From contig JALMLS010000179.1 in the NCBI GenBank assembly GCA_038496445.1, forward strand, positions 372,001 to 436,000: a stretch of 64,000 nt of DNA, written 5' to 3'. A program made the position numbers and the translations under genes. Positions 36,940 to 50,255 of the stretch are shown here, in pieces. The notes under the pieces were generated by a model. That model was given only the letters and a program-made list of their open reading frames with translations, made no database searches and was not told the DNA's origin. Source of the stretch: Trichosphaerium sp. ATCC 40318. Its lineage: Eukaryota > Protista > Tubulinea. The first letter of the stretch is position 1; the number at the start of each line of letters is the position of its first letter.

Positions 36940-37467
36940 ATGACATCGAATATCACTAATACGCTACTAACATTACCTACTGAGTTACATTATCGAGTAG
37001 TATCAATTGATCGCCATTTAAGTGAAATATGGCCACTTTTATGCTTTCAAACAGCTGTAACTAGTAGGTTCAATACCTCGCTGGAGAAGCAAGGTTATTG
37101 GGTTAAAAGAGAAACAAGACTAAATAGAGAAACAATAGCGGAGTTTAAAAACGGAAAAAGGGATGGTATATTGATACAACAAAGTTTGGATGGTATCAAA
37201 TGGATTAAATGTCATTACAAGGAAGGAAAGCTTCATGGTGAGTACAAAAGGTTTTATAGGAACGGTACAATAGCTTCGCTGATACGTTTTGAACATGGTA
37301 AAAGAAGTGGAGAATGTAGGGAGTTTCATGACAATGGACAAGTTGCAGATCTATATGTTTATTGTGACGGAAAAAAGATCAAGCACGTTTGTTGGGACAA
37401 GAACGGACAGTTGTACTATAGACACGATTTTATAAATCATACAAGTACAGATCATTCGTTGTTTTGA
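36940..37467 (+). CDS. F-box-like + MORN-variant repeat protein (intronless)
   Basis: LLTLPTEL N-terminus; YKEGKLHGEYKRFYRNG-type repeats. Confidence 0.8.
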   Translation: MTSNITNTLLTLPTELHYRVVSIDRHLSEIWPLLCFQTAVTSRFNTSLEKQGYWVKRETRLNRETIAEFKNGKRDGILIQQSLDGIKWIKCHYKEGKLHGEYKRFYRNGTIASLIRFEHGKRSGECREFHDNGQVADLYVYCDGKKIKHVCWDKNGQLYYRHDFINHTSTDHSLF

Positions 37468-38428
37468 AGTGATAAATATAATGTGTTGTTAATTGCAGTA
37501 CCAAAAAACCAAAGCTTGTTGCCTGTAAAATAAAATTGCTCTTCATGGTAAAATACATAAACCTATGATAGTAGATGTTTGTTGAGTTTGCCAAGTTTCC
37601 AACGAGAAGATTAGTATGAAAAAAAACAGTACTTTAGGCATAGTTTTGTTAGCGTCTCAAACATAGCCACATCACTTTAACTTTGACTTAGTACGTTCCA
37701 GCAATAGTGTGCTTTTGATTGTTCATGGAGAAATCAAAATTCACATAACGCGTAAAGCGGATATGGTACTTGAATGGTACAAACCACTTTTTTATTTTTA
37801 GCTACTTTAGTTTTGTATTTCTGTACACCTGAAAAGTTAACGTACCTTGTTCTGTGTATTCTGTGATCACGTAGGCAGAGTCACTACTTTAGAACAGCCC
37901 GTAATGCACTTTGTTCGGGTGGCTAAAGTAAGGTAACTCCGTTGTGAGTTGCTCTGGAGCACAATTTTTTGCCTATTGGCATAGCGCTTAGTCGCTTGCC
38001 AAATCCAAACAACAAAGAAAAAAGCCCAAAAAGCCCTCAGCAGTTAGTGTCTTTGGCTCTTTCCTTCTCTTATATTGTTGCTCGTGTATCACGTGAGTAT
38101 ATTTACATGACCACAGACTCTGGTAGAGTACTTGTATGAGGAACTGGAAGCACATTCGTTGTAAAAGCTATTTGTTGTAAGCTTTGTATGTTTTTTATTT
38201 TCTCACACTTTGTTTTTACCAATTCAGATACACAACTCCCCAAGTTATGATTTGCTTTTTGACCATTCCCACCAATTGATCCCCTATAAAAATACTAAAC
38301 TGGGTTTATTTTTCGGTTGTACATTTACAATTAAAGTTATACCATAAACGAGTGGAGAAAAAAAATAAACAGGAGCTTCGGAAACAATGCGCTGGCGCAA
38401 ATGACTTAATTAAGTTGTTTGTTGTTTT

Positions 38429-40003
38429 TTACCATCGCCCACTCTCTCTTTCTTTCATCTTCTTCTCATGAGCGAGTCGCTATTGAAAACGTGAGAAGAG
38501 AAAAAAAAGAAAAAAAAACTCAAAGGCTTACCTTCGCTTTAAGATCTGCTTGTCTCTTAGCATAAGCAGCGGCTTGATCCTGCAACTCCTTTGCTTTTCC
38601 ATTTCCATTTGTAGTTCCGTTTCCATTAGAACTAGGAGCTGGTGCGCATGCTGCAGCGCTATCTTCTTTAGCTTTTGCTGCCTCTGCGTCTGCCTTGGCT
38701 TTTTCTTGGGCTGCTTTCTCAGCTTCAGCTTTTGCTTTTGCTGCTTCGGCTTTTGCTTTCTCTTCAGCGGCTTTTGCTTCAGCTGCTGCGGCTTTAGCTG
38801 CTTCGCTGGCACCTGACTTGGCACTAGCTGCTTCAGCTTTTGCTGCCTTTGCCTCGGCCTTTGCTGCTTCGGCTTCAGCCTTGGCTTGAGCTGCCTCTGC
38901 CTTTGCTGCTTTTGCTTCAGCGAGAGCTTTGGCGGCTTCGGCTTTGGCTTGAGCTGCCTCTGCCTTTGCCTTCCTAGCTTCTTCTAAGGCTTTGTTCTTA
39001 TCAGCTTGAGCGCGAGCAATTTCTGCGTCTGCTTTTTTGGAAGCATCATTTTGTTTCGCAGCGGCTTGAGCCTTCGCTTGAGCCTTTGCTTTAGCTTCTC
39101 TTTCTTGTCTTTCCTTGGCTTGGCGTTCCCTAAAATATACATAAGCACATGTTCAGAAAAGAGTAATTTCTCACCTAGTGGCTTTCTCACGTGCTTCGTA
39201 TTCTTTTTGTTTACGCCTGAATAGAGTGTCAAACACCACACGCAAACTAGAAAAATAAAATGAAAAAAAACGTACTCTTCTTCAGCGCGTTTCCTATCAC
39301 GTGCTTCTTGGGCTTTTCTCTCGCGGTCAGCCATCATTTTTTGAGAGTTAGGACCTAATTTACTTGTTAGATTTCCTTTGTGAGCCCAAGTTTTGTGTGT
39401 GGCGTACTCAATGATGTAGTCTTTGGTTTTGGCTTAGTAGAAGAAGGCTTCTTCGTTGTTTCTAAAAGAGAAAAATTTAATTTTAGTGACAACGCTACAA
39501 AATCACGTGGGGCGCTATATAAGAGGACTGTGGTTGTACTTACGCGTTTTATTTACTCCAGCAAAGCCGTCAAGACGAACAGGAGCAGGCTGCCATTTCT
39601 TTGTTAGTTTCTCTTCTCCGAAGCTCTCATCGTAGTTTCCTTTGGTTTTAAACATTTGCTACAGGACATTTGTGAACACTCAAAAAAAAAAAAATACTAT
39701 TTCCAAATGCTCGCTTGTTCTTACCTTGAAATGAGGTTTACAGTAGTATTTATCCTACAACAGGGGTCAGAAAGCGGGTGTAAGTGTTCTAAAAAAAAAA
39801 GTACCTTCAATCCAGCGTAGTTACCGATCGACAAGCGCATGCCACACTGACAACACTTGAAACACCACTTGTGAAAAATATGGCCATCAGTTTTGAATTG
39901 CTCCAAAGGGTAAGCCTAAGGTATTTCTTTTTAGTAAACGCGCTCTATTATGGTTTAAACTTACTGTCTTTGAGCATATAAAGCATACAACGGCACTAGA
40001 CAT
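38429..40003 (-). CDS. LIM domain protein with Ala/Glu/Lys-rich coiled coil
   Basis: [44 protein letters not shown], then AEAKAA repeats. Confidence 0.88.
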
Positions 40004-40410
40004 AATAAAGAGATCGAGGATAAGGTGTCAAATGAGGTGGAATATAATTTTCTGGCATTGTTGCTCTTTTACGAAATGTGAGCTACAAACAAATAAGTGT
40101 ACGCTGTTTTCATGCGTAATACAATTATAGGAACTATATAAAAATAGCAGGTAACATCATCTAAAGCGGAGGTGTCAAAAAAGGCAAAAAAAATGTGAAA
40201 TTTCGGACAATTTCCCACTACGTCCGCGCAAACAGGTAGCAATTTTGTCTTATATCGCTAATATTGGTTGTAAACAACACGGCAATATGTGTGGGTCGTT
40301 TTACGAATTTTTGTACGATCACGTTTTAACAAAGTCGCGTGGTGTTATTGCTGAAACACTCACCTGTTGTGGTACTGATTGACGAGAGTTTTGGAGTGTT
40401 TGTAGCTAAG

Positions 40411-42332
40411 ATGGAGGTACGTAACGGTAGCTCTGTGCAGCAATTGAACACAAGCTTACAAAACTGCCATAGGATTCTGTGTTCGATGCTCTATGCGACC
40501 AACACTCTGAGTGCGTGAATAATAGTGTGTTGCGAAAACATTTCCTGACGCTATTTGTAGCTCGGACTCTCTACGAGGTACCTCTGGTTCAGTACTAGCG
40601 TTGGTGCGGTAATATAGATAGTTTTCCTAGTTTATTTTTTGTAGGAAGCTTTCGAAACGACAGAACAACACATTACGCGTACGTAGGCTCCAAGGTTGTC
40701 AAAACAACACATTGTAGTGAATTACACTATATTTTATTTTATGTTTGCTAAACGACGTTTGTGCAGCTGTTCAACAGGGAAGCTGGCTAGGTACTAGCTT
40801 TCTTTCGCTAGTTAAAACTAAATCGTCAAAATAGTAAACCAAGTAAACTCAAAGCGCCGTAAACCCAACATACCAGTAGCTTCACTAACACTCCTAATAA
40901 CTATTGGTACAATAGCACGTTTTTTTCTTGTTTACAAAAGACTCACTCACATTAAAAAGTCGGCTTTCCAATACTATCGGCAGTAATCACCTACGCCACA
41001 GATGCTCAAAGCCAGAGTTTTTTTCAGTCAAGCCCAATGCTTGTTGGTACAAAAAACCGATAACGAGCAAAAAAAAATAAACAATCACTTGACACGTATT
41101 TTAGGCTCATTGAGTAACATCTTTGGCGTCGTATTGGGCATTTTCTTACTTGTTAGACAATACAGAAAATGTAAAAAAGTCTATTATATACCCATGGCTG
41201 TATCTGCATGCGCTGGAATAATTCTATCTTCTTTTGTCGTATTTCAATGGTATTTATTCAGTACGATCAATATTTAAAACAAGACATTTTTCGGGTGTTC
41301 GACTTTTCTTACTTTGCACGGTTTATTCAGCGCACATTTATTGATTTTCTCATAGAACATGATTCTTGCACTGAGAAAAAAAGTGCTTGTGATTATAGTT
41401 ACACATCAGGAGCGCTTGTGATGCCATTGTTGTACATACATAAAAAAAAAGTTGGATTTTATGATGTTTGACAGTTTCACAGAGTAGGTGCGTGGAAATC
41501 TGAGCGACCAACGGTGATAGACACTGTATTTGTGGTATTTCAGGGTATAGGTATGTTTTTGGTAATTTGGGCTAGCAATGGGGTATGTAGTACCTAAAGA
41601 TTTCACGTGATTAACATGTGTAGACTACAGTAAAACTTGTTGGTAAAGAGGATATTTCTATGGTTATTGTGTGTATCTGTAGTGGTATACTGATTGTATT
41701 CTATTCTATTTTGGTTAGGTATGCCTGTAGCAAGAATATAGAGAGTGTAAGACAAACTAAGACTTGGTAAACAATGACTAAATTAGTTCTTAAGGTGATT
41801 TTCAGTCATTATACAACGTGCTGTATTTTCATGCTGATAATGTCTGGCGTCCTAAACAGAAACAGGCCTTGGAACGCATTGGAAGCGTTTGAGAATATAG
41901 GACGTATCTCAGGACAAATAATAGGCGTGTCAGGTACTACAAACTATCAGACATGTTCGTTTAATTGGCAATTTTTTGTTTAGCGTTGGCTTGTTTTTGG
42001 ATACTTGCTGTACTATACCTTGGTCAAAGTACTGATGCATTCGTATTAGGTACCACTGGTACATAAATGCAATCATGCTAACGTCATTCACAGCTAGTGG
42101 TCTTGTAAGTTCTTGGTTTTTTAGCCTTTATTTTAAGCCAGTTTTGTCAACTTCAGGAGGTGTTTGGCAGTTTATTGGTATTTTCCTTGTATTCTCAACA
42201 GTCGTTTACTTGTTTATACGTGTTGTGATATTGAATTATATCGTTAACATGTGCAAAAACAAAGACAAAAGTAGAAGATTGAAACACTGCGAACAAGTAG
42301 CTTTTCTACATTCGGATGTGTACACTATTTAA
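40411..42332 (+). CDS. Hypothetical multi-pass membrane protein
   Basis: Successive short exons encoding hydrophobic helices; no family recognised. Confidence 0.5.
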
Positions 42333-42519
42333 GTGTACAATATGGTTTTACAAAATTTGTGTCATAAATATTTTATTCAAGTGCGTAAACCGAATGTGTT
42401 TTTTATTATTTTTTTCAATTGACAAGTTGTTTGCTTTACAGTTTCTCGTGTTACAGCAATAACTCAGTTGTCTGTTTTTTGGCCGGGTCGTGGATGTCGC
42501 CCTAATTCCCCACAAGCAA

Positions 42520-42593
42520 GCTTCCGTAGCTCAGTTGGTTAGAGCGCACGACTGTTAATCGTGAGGTCGTAGGTTCGACCCCTACCGGGAGCG
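42520..42593 (+). tRNA. tRNA-Asn (GTT)
   Basis: Acceptor GCTTCCG/CGGGAGC, D arm GCTC/GAGC, anticodon arm CACGA-CT-GTT-AA-TCGTG, T loop GTTCGAC, downstream T-run Pol III terminator. Confidence 0.97.
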
Positions 42594-42887
42594 TTGATTC
42601 TTTTTTTATTTGGTTACTCCTTGCTATGAGTGCTAAACAATCACAAAGGATGAATACGCGAAAGTTGTTACGTTTTTATCCCAAACAACCATTTTTGATT
42701 GTGGCAGACGCGAGTTCTATTTAAAACACGTGTCTGGTACAAAAATCGCATTTTATTTCGTAATCAAGCTTGTACGAATGTTGTTCTTAGGCTTCCCACT
42801 TCGAAAAGTGGATAATTATCTGTTAAAACTAAACGGGCAGTGCTGGTGTTGGAGTATTGGCGTAGATAGGTATTATTCCGTATCCTC

Positions 42888-45391
42888 ATGGAACAAGGGC
42901 GCCCAAATAAAAAAAGGCGTGTATCTCCCAACAACGTTTGTAACCATTGCCGCGCAAACCAGATAGACTGCAATGGCCAAATACCATGTTTCCGGTGCTC
43001 TAAAGAACAGATTACGTGTTCTTATACAACAAATAGTCAAACCACCCAACGTACGGCATACCACTCATGAAAGAACGCGTATAACCATTGTTAGCCGAAA
43101 CGGAAACGCAGGCACAGCTTGAAGCCACTGAAAAGACTGTACAGTACTGGAAGAATAAGTACTTAGCACTACAGCACAAACAGCGTTCAAAAACGAATGC
43201 GCAAAACGTTGGAAATGGATACAGAGCACGTTAAACTTTAATCGCCATTTCTACCATTGAAACTACTTGTAACAGTGCGGATAGGACATTGAGATCATAA
43301 ATGATGATAATAAAAAGGTACGTTCAATTTATCATCACCACCTGCGTCTAATAGCCCAGTCTATGTTTAAACTTGTAGTCACACATCTAAATATAACATC
43401 TTATGTATCATTATGGCTATCAACGTACAATGCTTTGCTCTATCAGAACTTTGTACGAGTAAACGAAAAATTTTTGCCAACGAGTTCGAAATTCACCAGA
43501 AACAAAATCTGGCTGGATCCTACCAGACAAACGCAAAAAGTTTCAAACGCCAAAGAAAATAACGTATTTTTTGTCGAATTGCTTTTTTTCCGCGTCTATT
43601 TGCTTAAACCTATTCTTATCTAATATTAGGCAGTACCTACTAAACACTGGACTGCTGGCCACACGATTGAGGCATTTGGGGGCACTAGTAAGACTTGTGA
43701 AACTACAAATTCATTAACTAATTTTGTTTTTTTCGTAGTACAATGGCAGGATCATGTAGAAGCTGTTGAATTGCTTAGTGTCCTTGCATTTGGAGCTCTT
43801 GTTTCAGGATATCCAAAAGAAGCAACACGTATTCATAACATTGCAAAAAGCCTTCAGAAAAAGTTTAAAGATGTACAGAATCCATGCGTAGCCTGTACTT
43901 TTTTGTTTATGCCGTTTCCGAAATCATACTCGCTAATGTTACACTTTTAGCCGGTACAGCCATGATAGGTGGTTATATATGTATGACGGGAGATACCGCC
44001 GGAGGTTTTCCATACATACAGGAAGGACAAGGTACATATTTTAACAGTTCATCACTAAAATCGGTTTTTGAACTAGAGAAGATAGAGCTGGTGTTGAAGA
44101 ATCCTAACTTTGCCTCACATCCATCTACACAACCACTAGGTTATCTACAGCACATGTCAAGAAACTGTAGGGTGTTCACAAATGACTTCTTTAACGACCG
44201 GTACGCTTACTGCTTGTAGTACTCACGTTTATTTTTCTGATCATTAGGCAAAAAGAAATAATAAATATTCGAAATGCAAGTCATGACATTATAGATTTAG
44301 TTCTACAAAGTGAGAATCCATCACCCTATCATGCAATATTTGTCACTTTTGCTACTTGTGGCGAGGTATAAAAAAACAATACTGTTTCTTTCATATTTTT
44401 TATTATTAACATCGTTTCGTTAAGATTTGGCTATCTATATCGACAGCTGCTCCTAATTTGATTTTAGAGCGTAAACGTATACCAGGAGATTCGATGAAGG
44501 CTATTGTATGTGATTTATTACCATTTAGAATAGTGGCCTTATGCTCAAAAACTTTAGAGTGTGCCACAACAAATTGAGATGCTTCACAAGTTAACAGAAC
44601 TGAACAAGTTTGCACATTTTGCTCTTTCTTCGTCTCATGTTTCTATACAAAATGGCTGGTATACACTCATTGACTTTACGATTGCATTTGTTTACTTTGC
44701 AGCCCGTAACACAACTGAAGCGCTTCGAGTACGGATTTTGATTTGTTAACTTTGTTTATTTTTTTCTTGTACAGTTCAACCTGTATGCTTATTTTTTCGT
44801 TATAGAGACTCAAACAAGTAATACTGCTAGTAGATGATGGATTTATTAACCAGCTTGGTCAGTCAATATCTCTTTGTATGGTTGTTGATATATGTACTGT
44901 TGCAATATGTGCTCGTGATGGTGCTTTTTTTTTAGAGGTAAGGAAAAGTTTGGTTGCAATGCAAGTTTTCCGTTCTTGTGCTACCACATGTGTTAGTGGT
45001 CATGCTTAATATTAAGGATCTAAAATAACATTTTATTAGGTTGCCTCAATTATGTATGAGAGGTATGGAGATGCTTGTGGTAACTACTTGAGGTATTTCA
45101 AAAAACAAAAAAAAAAGACAACTTACGTTTTTGTAGTGCACTTCTTTTGCTTGCTGATGGTATTGGATTGCGTTATTCTAAGGAAATCGCTTTTGATTTA
45201 ATTTTTAAGTTAACTGCTGACAAGGTGAATAATCTTCCAGTGGTAGAACCTGGATCACCAGCAACCATCGAATCTCAAGATGACTTGCCTAAAACAGACT
45301 CGAGGTTAGTATTTTTTTTGACAAAGAGATTTCTCCTCCAATAATGTCTGACAAACTCACGTGCTATCTTAGAAAGAATACCACTGATTAA
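42888..45391 (+). CDS. Zn(II)2Cys6 binuclear cluster transcription factor
   Basis: KKRR..CNHCRANQIDCNGQIPCFRCSKEQITC followed by a coiled coil; many exons. Confidence 0.85.
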
Positions 45392-45857
45392 ACATTGGTA
45401 AATAGATTTTATGTACAAAGTATGATTTCTTTAATCTTTTCTGAGGAAGGGTCTGTGTTCTGTATCTTTGTGTACACCATTTTCAATTGTAGTACTAGCA
45501 TCAATATGTAAAATAAATAATGTTAAACCGAACAGAATTAAGACATAACATATGTACACAATACATATTAATACTACATCACGTGGTAACACCTATTTTT
45601 TTTTATGATAACGCCATCCAAAGCCGTAAGTAAGCCTGAGCTGTGTTACAGTTCTGAATAGCTGTTTCAACATTCAACATCTACATGAATAATGCTGGTA
45701 ATGTGATACACTTTGCACTGGTTGATAAAGCTTGGTCTAGCAACAACAAAGCTAAGACCAAGATACAGTTAGTGACATCTTAATTATACTGAATGAACTA
45801 TGTCAGCTATCTTGCTTAAATTTCTACACAAGTCAAAAATAAAAATACAAAATCACA

Positions 45858-46920
45858 ATGGGTGAGGTAACGGTTGTTATTGCGGGCGTAAATATTGCAC
45901 AAATAGTATCTGAGGTCGCCAATGACGAAGATGACGCGGTTTGTAACTACTCTAACGCTTTTTTGAATAATCGAACCAAGGAAGGCCTCATTTATGGTTC
46001 TCTGGCAGAAAACAAGGTTACACACTACCAGGATATGGTAGACGACGAAACAGTTACAAATGTAACTGCTGGTACGCAAAATTAACCAAATAACTGTTAA
46101 CAACCTATAATAGCTGTATATGGTATACTACGCACAGGACGTCGCCTGAGGTGCCGTGTCTAATTTTTCGTTCGTTTACAATTCAAAAGCTTCTACGACA
46201 ATCTTGGCGTTATTGATGAGGCGCAATTGGATGTATTCGCTAACCAAATACCGAAAAACAGCGTGCGTAGCAACAAATTAGTAAAACAAACTCAATCGCG
46301 CTTTAGAGCGTTATAGGTTGGTACAGAACACGTCGCGGTGCGCCACTATCAATCACAGCACGTGAAGGAAGAGTACAACAGCAATTCACCAAAAAATACA
46401 AAAATTCGATTGTGGCCATCTTCTCTGAGAGTATAAGTAATGAAGGCACGTCAAACCACTATTAGTGGTAACACACATTTTTTTACAATCCATGGTGTTA
46501 ACGATCGAATTGTAGATCAAACTTGGGCCTGGTCATACAAGTTTTTTACTTCAAAAAATAATGAAAGCAGGTTAGTAGTTTTGAAACTCGATTTATTTCT
46601 TTATGATTATCTTTTAGGGAGACATCATGTGTCCCAGTGCGTATAGCAAACCTTGGGCAATCTGCTTCTGCTTATGAAAACAACTATGCAATGTCTGATG
46701 CTTCGTTTGGTACATTTTTTGAAAAAAACAATTTCTTACAAAAATACAACAATTTCTAATGCTGCCACCAGATATTGCTGCTATGCCCGATAACCCGCAG
46801 ATCGCTGCACTTAAGGAATGTTATAATAATGCTATTAGAAAAGGAACAGAAATTTCTGCTAGTATAGTTGATGCTCTTAAAACTATTGATAAACTTCAGG
46901 AAGGGTTCGCTGTCGAATAA
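45858..46920 (+). CDS. Abraxas/FAM175-like MPN domain protein
   Basis: EGLIYGS..SFYDNLGVIDE..VIGWYRTRR..ITARE..VPVRIANLG resembles the Abraxas MPN- domain. Confidence 0.7.
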
Positions 46921-47083
46921 ACAAAAACTCTTTGGCTCCTTTAACAGAATGGTAATAAAACATAAATTACTGTTAACAGAACGGTAATTTTCTAAAACAC
47001 GTGACTGTGAAAAGACCATGACTCATTATCTCCCACGACCTACTAACAGCTGTACTTGTATTGGTTAGTACGTAAAAAATAGA

Positions 47084-47987
47084 ATGACTACTAAACGTAG
47101 TGTACGCTGTTAGTCATGCAGAAATGTTTGCTGACAAGTAGTAGAATAACAATAACAACCCACCATCAAAGTGGGGATTGCTTCACATCCCAGTAGAAGT
47201 ATTACTTTACATCTGTGACATAGACTTCTACGCGTTTATGAAGATACCTCTTTTATCAAAACAAACAGCAACAGAGATCAGATTCGATAGCGATATGAAT
47301 AAACATGGTACCTGGCTTCGGATAAGACCAAGAACCCAACGTATTTGGTATAAGCAACAATGGAAACACGGTAAGCTACATGGAGAAGGCAATTGGTACT
47401 ACACCAATGGAAAGTTGCATAAACAGACCAAATACGCCAACGGTTTGCGAGATGGAGACCACAAGATGTGGTATGAAGACGGCAAGTTAATAGAAAGTGC
47501 TCATTATGTCAAAGACAAACTTAACGGTGAATACAAGATTTGGTTTGAAAATGGTATACTATGCATTCATACTCATTTTATTAACGGTTCAGAAGACGGA
47601 GAATATAAAATGTGGTATAGCAATGGTATCATGAGAAAGTTTTACCCTTTTTACCAAGGCAAAATACACGGAGACTACAAAACCTGGTTTGAGGATGGTA
47701 AACTGTCCAAGCAGTGTCAGTACGTTAATGGTAAATATCACGGAGAGTATAAGGAATGGTGTCAATTGCACGAAAGATATGGATTGTCCAAGCATTGTCA
47801 GTACATTAATGGTAAATATAATGGAGAGTATAAGGAATGGTTTCAAACAGGTGTACAGTCCATACAGTGTCATTACGTCAATGGTAGATATCACGGTGAG
47901 TTTAAGAAATGGCTTTGGTGTGGCACCTTATCTCAGCACATTTACTATGTTAATGGTCAAGAGAGCACAAAAAATGAGCCAAACTAA
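47084..47987 (+). CDS. F-box-like + MORN-variant repeat protein
   Basis: LLHIPVEVLLYIC, then about 9 repeats of Y.NGK.HGEYK.W..NG. One inferred 5' intron supplies the ATG at 47084. Confidence 0.85.
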
Positions 47988-48136
47988 TAAATGACAAGAT
48001 CTCGAATAGACTTTATTGCTGTTAGTTCAATGAGTGATTAAAAAAATGGCTGCTGCCTAGTTTACCCAGTGTATCAATTGTTGCCTCAAGGCAACGAATA
48101 AAAGTTAGGTAAAGCTTGCAACCTTTAGTTTCAAGT

Positions 48137-49135
48137 TTACTCCGAGTGGCTAAGTCTGTTGGACCAGCGATGGGTCTCAATTTCTCTATTTCTAGACTTA
48201 CATTCTATTTGTCCACGTGTTAAGTAACTTGTGCTATTTACCATCCGTGCAATTATATCAAAACGCTTTATTGTGCATTTCACCACGGCAACTTCGTCTG
48301 TAGCATAAGTATATGAAAGATTAATGGTATGAACATTTTTAAGAGCTTTGACACCTTTGTCTGTTACATTAGGTGAGATAGATAGTATGAACGTTTTTAA
48401 GTGCTTTATCCATAACTCTAGTTCTCTGTAGTGATATATCATATGCACCTCTTAAATCCTTTAAGCCTTCATCTGTTACAATAACTAAGGTTAATGGTAT
48501 GGACACCTGCACGGGCTTTTAGACCATTATTTGTAACTTTGGTGCTAATATCAATTTCATGTACGCCCTTTAATGCCCAAATACCCTTATTTGTTACATA
48601 ACAACTGCTGATATCAATTGTATGTACACCTTCATCATCAAGTTGATAACAGCCAGGCATATATATTGTATGAACGCCTGAAAGTGCTTTAAGATCACTA
48701 CTGCTGATTGTACTATCATGATCACCCTTTGTGGTGATCTTACGGCAACCAAATAGCATTGAATACAAAGTATTCTCTGTCATGCCACGCAATCCAATCA
48801 AAGTATTATTCATAATTCCCTTGTACTCCCTTATCTTTAAGATCCCTTGAATATTATCTAAGAAGATATGGTCATATCTGTCGTATATGACCTTGTCATA
48901 TTCGTCATTCGTCATCATTCAGATAACGAAGTACTTAATCCCTATGTATATAAGTTAGTTAATAAATTAGATTTCTCCTTACCTTGTACTATTTACAACG
49001 TCTTATAACCGTAGCTAAGTTATACGACATATCTGCCATCAACTGACATTTGAGCAATTTTGAATCTATCTTTTATGTACTCAATGATACTTGAAATAAT
49101 CTCTGGAGGAAAATCAAGAATACGTGTTTCCTGTT
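48137..49135 (-). pseudogene. F-box + LRR gene, frameshifted and interrupted by a solo LTR
   Basis: ILDFPPEIISSIIEY (F-box) upstream of the LTR; repeats like ALKGVHTINLSYC.VTD.G in shifting frames downstream. Confidence 0.75.
48879..49029 (+). mobile_element. Solo LTR of the same Gypsy family, 4-bp TSD TATC
   Basis: 151 bp matching 3467-3617 with no difference seen by eye; tatc at 48875-48878 and 49030-49033. Confidence 0.97.
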
Positions 49136-50255
49136 GGTAAATTTCAAGAAAAATAAGTGACAATAACTTCACTATTTTTAGGATGTACTTTGTTTATGTT
49201 TGGTAAATCAAGGTTCGCAGGATGCTTTATACATTGTTTACTTTTGTTTAAGTAGGTGTCTGAGTGTTTAAAGAGAATCTGATCCAGTTGTTGTACCAGG
49301 CTTGTATTTGATGCGGCTAGTACAGTTTTACGCTTGTTTTGTTAGTGTTTCGTGTTTATTCACTTCAATTCATCAAAAGCTTCTGAATGGTGATTGCGGT
49401 AATACGCCAACACTTGTTCTATTGAAACACCGGTAGAATTCATTGTTGTACCTCTGTTGGTGCGCCAGTGTGATGTTTTTTTTATCTCATCGACTTTCGA
49501 GATTGTTCTTGACCATTCGCAACAGCTTGCAGCATTTGGCGTCAATGGACAGAGCTAAGGTTATAGGCGAGCCTCTACAAGAACGGAACGTATCACTACA
49601 CCACCTACCTGTAGTACTACAGCACGATGGAAGTGCTTTAGTCAGTAAATTCTTTGAGCCACGCAGAGAGGACCTAGGCGACCACGAGCGATGTTATTTC
49701 AGAGGTAGAGAATTTTTGGGCAAGTCTAACCCTCTACCAGAAAACTACACAGGTACTAGCACACCCAAGTACAATTGGCGCGAAAATACGAAACTTTTGA
49801 AAAATAACATTTTGTAGGTAACATCTACAGACATTTAGAGAATCAAGAAAAAGAGGATTCAAGTACATGGGCAAGCGTTGGTACGCATCTAAAGGCCTTG
49901 TAAACGCATTGTAACATTGATAAAAGGTAAATTCGATAAATTTGTTTACTGGAACCGCGAAAGAGAACCACACGCTGGAGATAATGTATCTGGGTGGATG
50001 CAATGGATAGAGCTGTCAAACACTGTGCGTAAATAACAAACGACACTTTTCATCAGCTTAACAAAGCGTAGATTCACGCACCAATAACCGAGGACGACAT
50101 GAAACCAGAAAACCAACCGAGTAGTCAAAAACAATAAGGCACAGTTTTGTTTTTTTTGTGATTGGCAATCCATTGTATTATACATTAAACACACCGGCCA
50201 AGACAAGTTGTAAACCCGGCACCATGTACTTTTGTTTCTTTTTGTTTTTTCTGTT

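Noticed and set aside
38550-39224. Plus-strand Cys/Phe/Ala/Ser-rich ORFs
   Set aside because: Shadow frames of the minus-strand AEAKAA coiled-coil repeat in the LIM gene.
48469-48918. ORF start MMTNDEYDKVIYDR
   Set aside because: These residues come from the antisense solo LTR; the true upstream sequence is the F-box beyond 49030.
49360-50050. Short ORFs on both strands, possibly a decayed gene or transposon
   Set aside because: No consistent frame, motif, TIR or TSD could be supported.
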